DNA of 64,000 nt from NCBI GenBank assembly GCA_016839515.1, contig JAEOUE010000197.1:1-64000 (forward strand), in the 5' to 3' direction. The stretch comes from Candidatus Hodarchaeum mangrovi. GTDB taxonomy: Archaea > Asgardarchaeota > Heimdallarchaeia > Hodarchaeales > Hodarchaeaceae. A program made the translations under genes and the position numbers. Below, one piece after another: positions 61,016 through 64,000 of this stretch. The notes beneath the pieces are model-generated. The model had not been told where the DNA came from, did no database searches, and worked only from the letters and a program-made list of their open reading frames with translations. The first letter of the stretch is position 1, and each line of letters opens with the position of its first letter.

Positions 61016-61939
61016 TTAAATTTCTCGTGATATTGTTGAAATTAGTAAAAGCATCACTGTTAATAGGATTGGCATCAAAAAATAGGTAAGTAGAACCATA
61101 ATTATTCCACCTACAGTTGCATCCTTAGTGATAACAGCTAAAATAGCAATAATAACAACAAAGAAAAGAGGTGAAACTACTCCGATGATCATAAAAATTT
61201 CTGATAAAACCCCTAATTGTTCAATAAACTCTTTTGTTTCTTCTTCTTTAAGTTTCATTAGCGCTTTACTCTCAGCTGTTAAGAAAAAAGTTAAATCACC
61301 ACCGCTAGTCACTGTTGCAGACATACCATCAAGAAATTTGGAGAATCTTTCTGAAGGAGACCGTTCGCTCGCAGTTCTAAGTGCTTTTAAAATATCATAA
61401 CCAAAAATTTCAATATCACGTGTTATACGTTTACTCTCCTTGGAAATTTCAGGAGCGACTGATTCTTCACCTGCAAGTGAGTAGAATAATCTATCTGGGG
61501 GAACTCCAGAACTTGACATAGCAGACAGATAAGAAGCGGTTGATGGTAAACCAGCTTCAATAAGAATTTTACGATCAGCAGCCTTCATTTGAGGCCAATA
61601 TATGAATGGAATATAGGTTATTATGGCAAAAAATATTCCTAGTATTATGCCTATAATAATACTCAATAATAATTGTCCATTGGCGTTGATTTGAGGAGTT
61701 AATGATTGAACAAGTATTAATACTAATCCTGTACTAAAAAATAAGACTAATAATCCAACAATAATTGAACTGAGTATTGCACTTCCAAGATATGCACGAA
61801 CAGAAATGTCTATTCCTGCTTTTTTTAAACTTCGACCTAATCGCTTAAACTTTCCCCCTTCAATCCATGGTTCTAGATACCTCCCAAAACGGAGATAACC
61901 AACTCGCCTTATAAACTTACTCAAAGTAAAACGCTCCAC
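61016..61939 (-). CDS. Type IV pilus/T2SS F-family (TadB/TadC-like) membrane platform protein
   Basis: LPSTASYLSAMSSSG, FGYDILKAL...SPSERF and SGGDL motifs. Confidence 0.9.
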   Translation of the reverse strand: MERFTLSKFIRRVGYLRFGRYLEPWIEGGKFKRLGRSLKKAGIDISVRAYLGSAILSSIIVGLLVLFFSTGLVLILVQSLTPQINANGQLLLSIIIGIILGIFFAIITYIPFIYWPQMKAADRKILIEAGLPSTASYLSAMSSSGVPPDRLFYSLAGEESVAPEISKESKRITRDIEIFGYDILKALRTASERSPSERFSKFLDGMSATVTSGGDLTFFLTAESKALMKLKEEETKEFIEQLGVLSEIFMIIGVVSPLFFVVIIAILAVITKDATVGGIIMVLLTYFLMPILLTVMLLLISTISREI

Positions 61940-61947
61940 AACGATTT

Positions 61948-63456
61948 TTAGACAGCTTTTAGTTCTCTTTTTGCTCGATCTACAGTTTCTAAAGGATTTT
62001 GATAATAATTGTTAATAACTTCAGCAACTTGTGTGTAATGGGCCAATTTTTTCTTTACTTGCCATCTTAAAATGGTTTTTCGCCTCTCAATTTCTTCATA
62101 AACTTGGGAATCTGTCAATCCTTGGCCTTCTTGTATTCCTTCAAGAATATAAGACCTTCCATAATTGATAAAGGCGTCTTCGCGTGCATTCCAACCAAAA
62201 ACTTTATTTGTTATTAACTCTGTGGTTACCGGATCAATTCCCACGATTTCTGTCGCCTCAATAACCCTTCTTACTTGCTTATCCCCACGTCGAACCTTTC
62301 GAAGGACAATAAGCAGATTTAGAGTTTGAATTAATGTTCGAGGAATATTCATGGGTTCATTTTCAAGTCGACGTATAGTTCCTGTAACACTATCTCCGTG
62401 TATTGTACCCATTCCTGTATGTCCTGTTGCCATGGCTTGGAAAAGGTTATAAGCTTCCGAACCACGAACTTCACCAACAAATAAATAATCAGGCCTTTGT
62501 CGCAATGCAGCACGAAGTAGATCATACATTGATACTTCCCCACGTCTAGATCCATCTATTTCTCGTCCACCATATCCTTCTCGAGCCACGGCTGGAATCC
62601 AATTTTCATGTGGTAAATGAAGTTCTGCAGTATCTTCAATAGATACTATTTTCATTCCTGGTCGAATAAACATTGCTAAACTATTAAGAAGTGAAGTTTT
62701 ACCTGCAGCTGTACCTCCAGCGATAACTACTGAATTTCTATTCTCTAAAGCATACCAAAGAAACGCTGCAAGATCTTCATCAATTGTATTGAATGTTATC
62801 ATATCAGTTATGGTTAGTGGATCAGAACGAAATTTTCTGATTGTAAAAGTACTACCCCTTTGAGTAACTTCTCTACCATATGTTAACTGCAGACGACTCC
62901 CATCAGCAAGAGCTGCATCTAATAAAGGTCGTGCAACACTAATATGACGTCCTGAACGCTGAGCAAGCTTAATAATAAAGGCATCCAGATCATCTTCGTT
63001 ATCAAATTTTATATTAGTTTGAATACTTTCAAATTTTCGGTGCCAGATATAAACAGGAATTCCAACCCCATCACACGAAATGTCTTCAACATTATGGTCC
63101 TTTAGCATTGCATCTATAGGTCCAAATCCCACAAAATCTCGTGTTATATGATAATTGATTTTGTCAAATGTTTTCTCATCTAATTTTAAACCGTAATTTT
63201 TAGCAATACCGATGACTTTCTGTCTTAAGTAATCTCGAGCAACCTCAGGGTTTTTAAGAACATTAAAGTCGACATCTAATTCTTCTTCTAATGTACTCTT
63301 GATCATATCCAAAATTTCTTTCTCTTTAGCACTAAGAGGAACTTCAACGACGGTATATTTAGTTTGTTTTGATTCTGGGTCAGTTGCAACTAGTGCGTAA
63401 CTAAATGGGGGGATTAAAGGATATGTTTCACGAATTAAACTACTCGATTCGGACAT
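61948..63456 (-). CDS. Type IV pilus assembly ATPase (VirB11/TadA/PilB-FlaI-like)
   Basis: EDISCDG, FTIRKF, GGTAAGKTS, SIEDTAEL, LRQRPDYLFVGEVRG and TGH motifs. Confidence 0.95.
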   Translation of the reverse strand: MSESSSLIRETYPLIPPFSYALVATDPESKQTKYTVVEVPLSAKEKEILDMIKSTLEEELDVDFNVLKNPEVARDYLRQKVIGIAKNYGLKLDEKTFDKINYHITRDFVGFGPIDAMLKDHNVEDISCDGVGIPVYIWHRKFESIQTNIKFDNEDDLDAFIIKLAQRSGRHISVARPLLDAALADGSRLQLTYGREVTQRGSTFTIRKFRSDPLTITDMITFNTIDEDLAAFLWYALENRNSVVIAGGTAAGKTSLLNSLAMFIRPGMKIVSIEDTAELHLPHENWIPAVAREGYGGREIDGSRRGEVSMYDLLRAALRQRPDYLFVGEVRGSEAYNLFQAMATGHTGMGTIHGDSVTGTIRRLENEPMNIPRTLIQTLNLLIVLRKVRRGDKQVRRVIEATEIVGIDPVTTELITNKVFGWNAREDAFINYGRSYILEGIQEGQGLTDSQVYEEIERRKTILRWQVKKKLAHYTQVAEVINNYYQNPLETVDRAKRELKAV

Positions 63457-63600
63457 TTATTCCTAACCTTCTATTTATTAATTAATTAATGGAGTTAAAA
63501 ATTTCTCATTAGGTTAACAATTTTATTTAGATTTTAATTTAATTATTTATGTATTTGATTTTTTAGATGTGATTATTAGGATTATGTAATATCTCAAATA

Positions 63601-64000
63601 TTAAGTTATCTGGATATTAAGATCCAGCCCAATCTTTCCTATAGATAAAATAAGTATCTCATTGACGCTTTGAAAAGCTGTATTTGCCACAATAAGGTTG
63701 AATTTACTGTTGATCATGAACGATTGTATACGATTTACTTCATATTTCGTGGTAAAGCCATGAAGTTGGATTTCATTATTAGATACATTAGTTATTTCAA
63801 TAGAATAACGAAGTCCTTGACCAAGTAGCGATGGGAGATTTATATATTGGTTTATTGTAATATTTCCAGAGTCACAAAGTTGCAATGATTGCTGGATTTG
63901 ACTTTGCAGAAATTCGAGAATTTCTCGCATTTCTAGATTAGCTAAATTATCCCGAAATTCTTCACTTAAAGTAAGAAACATTGAATTAGTCAAAATCACT
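63601..64000 (-). CDS. Probable pilin-like/secreted protein (5' end outside the window)
   Basis: Open frame to the window edge; INLPSLLG...YSIEI resembles archaeal pilin-like accessory proteins; upstream of the pilus ATPase. Confidence 0.5.
   Translation of the reverse strand, partial: VILTNSMFLTLSEEFRDNLANLEMREILEFLQSQIQQSLQLCDSGNITINQYINLPSLLGQGLRYSIEITNVSNNEIQLHGFTTKYEVNRIQSFMINSKFNLIVANTAFQSVNEILILSIGKIGLDLNIQIT

Noticed and set aside
5025-62555. Many short ORFs in the track that overlap larger genes (e.g. 5025-5288, 8084-8491, 20939-21250, 32640-33008, 59767-60093, 62349-62555)
   Set aside because: They are antisense or out-of-frame shadows of well-supported genes and have no motifs of their own.
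57143-63456. Archaellum operon
   Set aside because: No archaellin, ArlH or ArlF/G is recognisable; two separate F-family proteins and G|Q-type pilins fit a type IV pilus.
1-64000. CRISPR arrays, IS elements, rRNA genes, replication origin
   Set aside because: No regularly spaced repeats, transposase ORFs, rRNA-like GC-rich segments, cdc6 gene or ORB repeats were seen by eye.

Overview
This AT-rich (about 30% GC by eye), gene-dense window comes from an archaeal chromosome, almost certainly an Asgard archaeon. The evidence is a set of eukaryotic-signature genes: roadblock proteins, Arf-like GTPases, an ESCRT-II Vps22/36-like protein and a ubiquitin-type E1/E2/Ubl/JAMM set. A Heimdallarchaeia-like origin is my inference. 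Most of the window is housekeeping: ribosomal proteins eS8, eS27 and eL15, aIF2 alpha and beta, GlyRS, ThrRS, RNase P subunits, Gar1, Nop10, NMD3, Rqc2, YchF, PolB1, GINS and an intron-containing tRNA-Thr(GGU). Four things stand out. (1) A 10 kb locus (23163-33199) whose ubiquitin-like modifier looks like a UFM1/ubiquitin hybrid. It sits with a UFL1/PCI-like winged-helix RING protein, E1, E2, JAMM, a UEV protein, an ESCRT-II-like protein, an SPFH protein, a CCDC47-like membrane protein and two Arf GTPases. (2) A full-length PolD large subunit whose catalytic DGD motif reads NGD, overlapping (ATGA) the last gene of a type IV pilus-like operon. (3) A textbook box C/D sRNA, absent from the supplied ORF track, overlapping the 3' end of pop5 and predicted to guide the 23S P-loop Gm2251 methylation. 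(4) A probable catalytically dead LAGLIDADG-derived protein. All family calls come from motif recognition by eye; no database searches were run.
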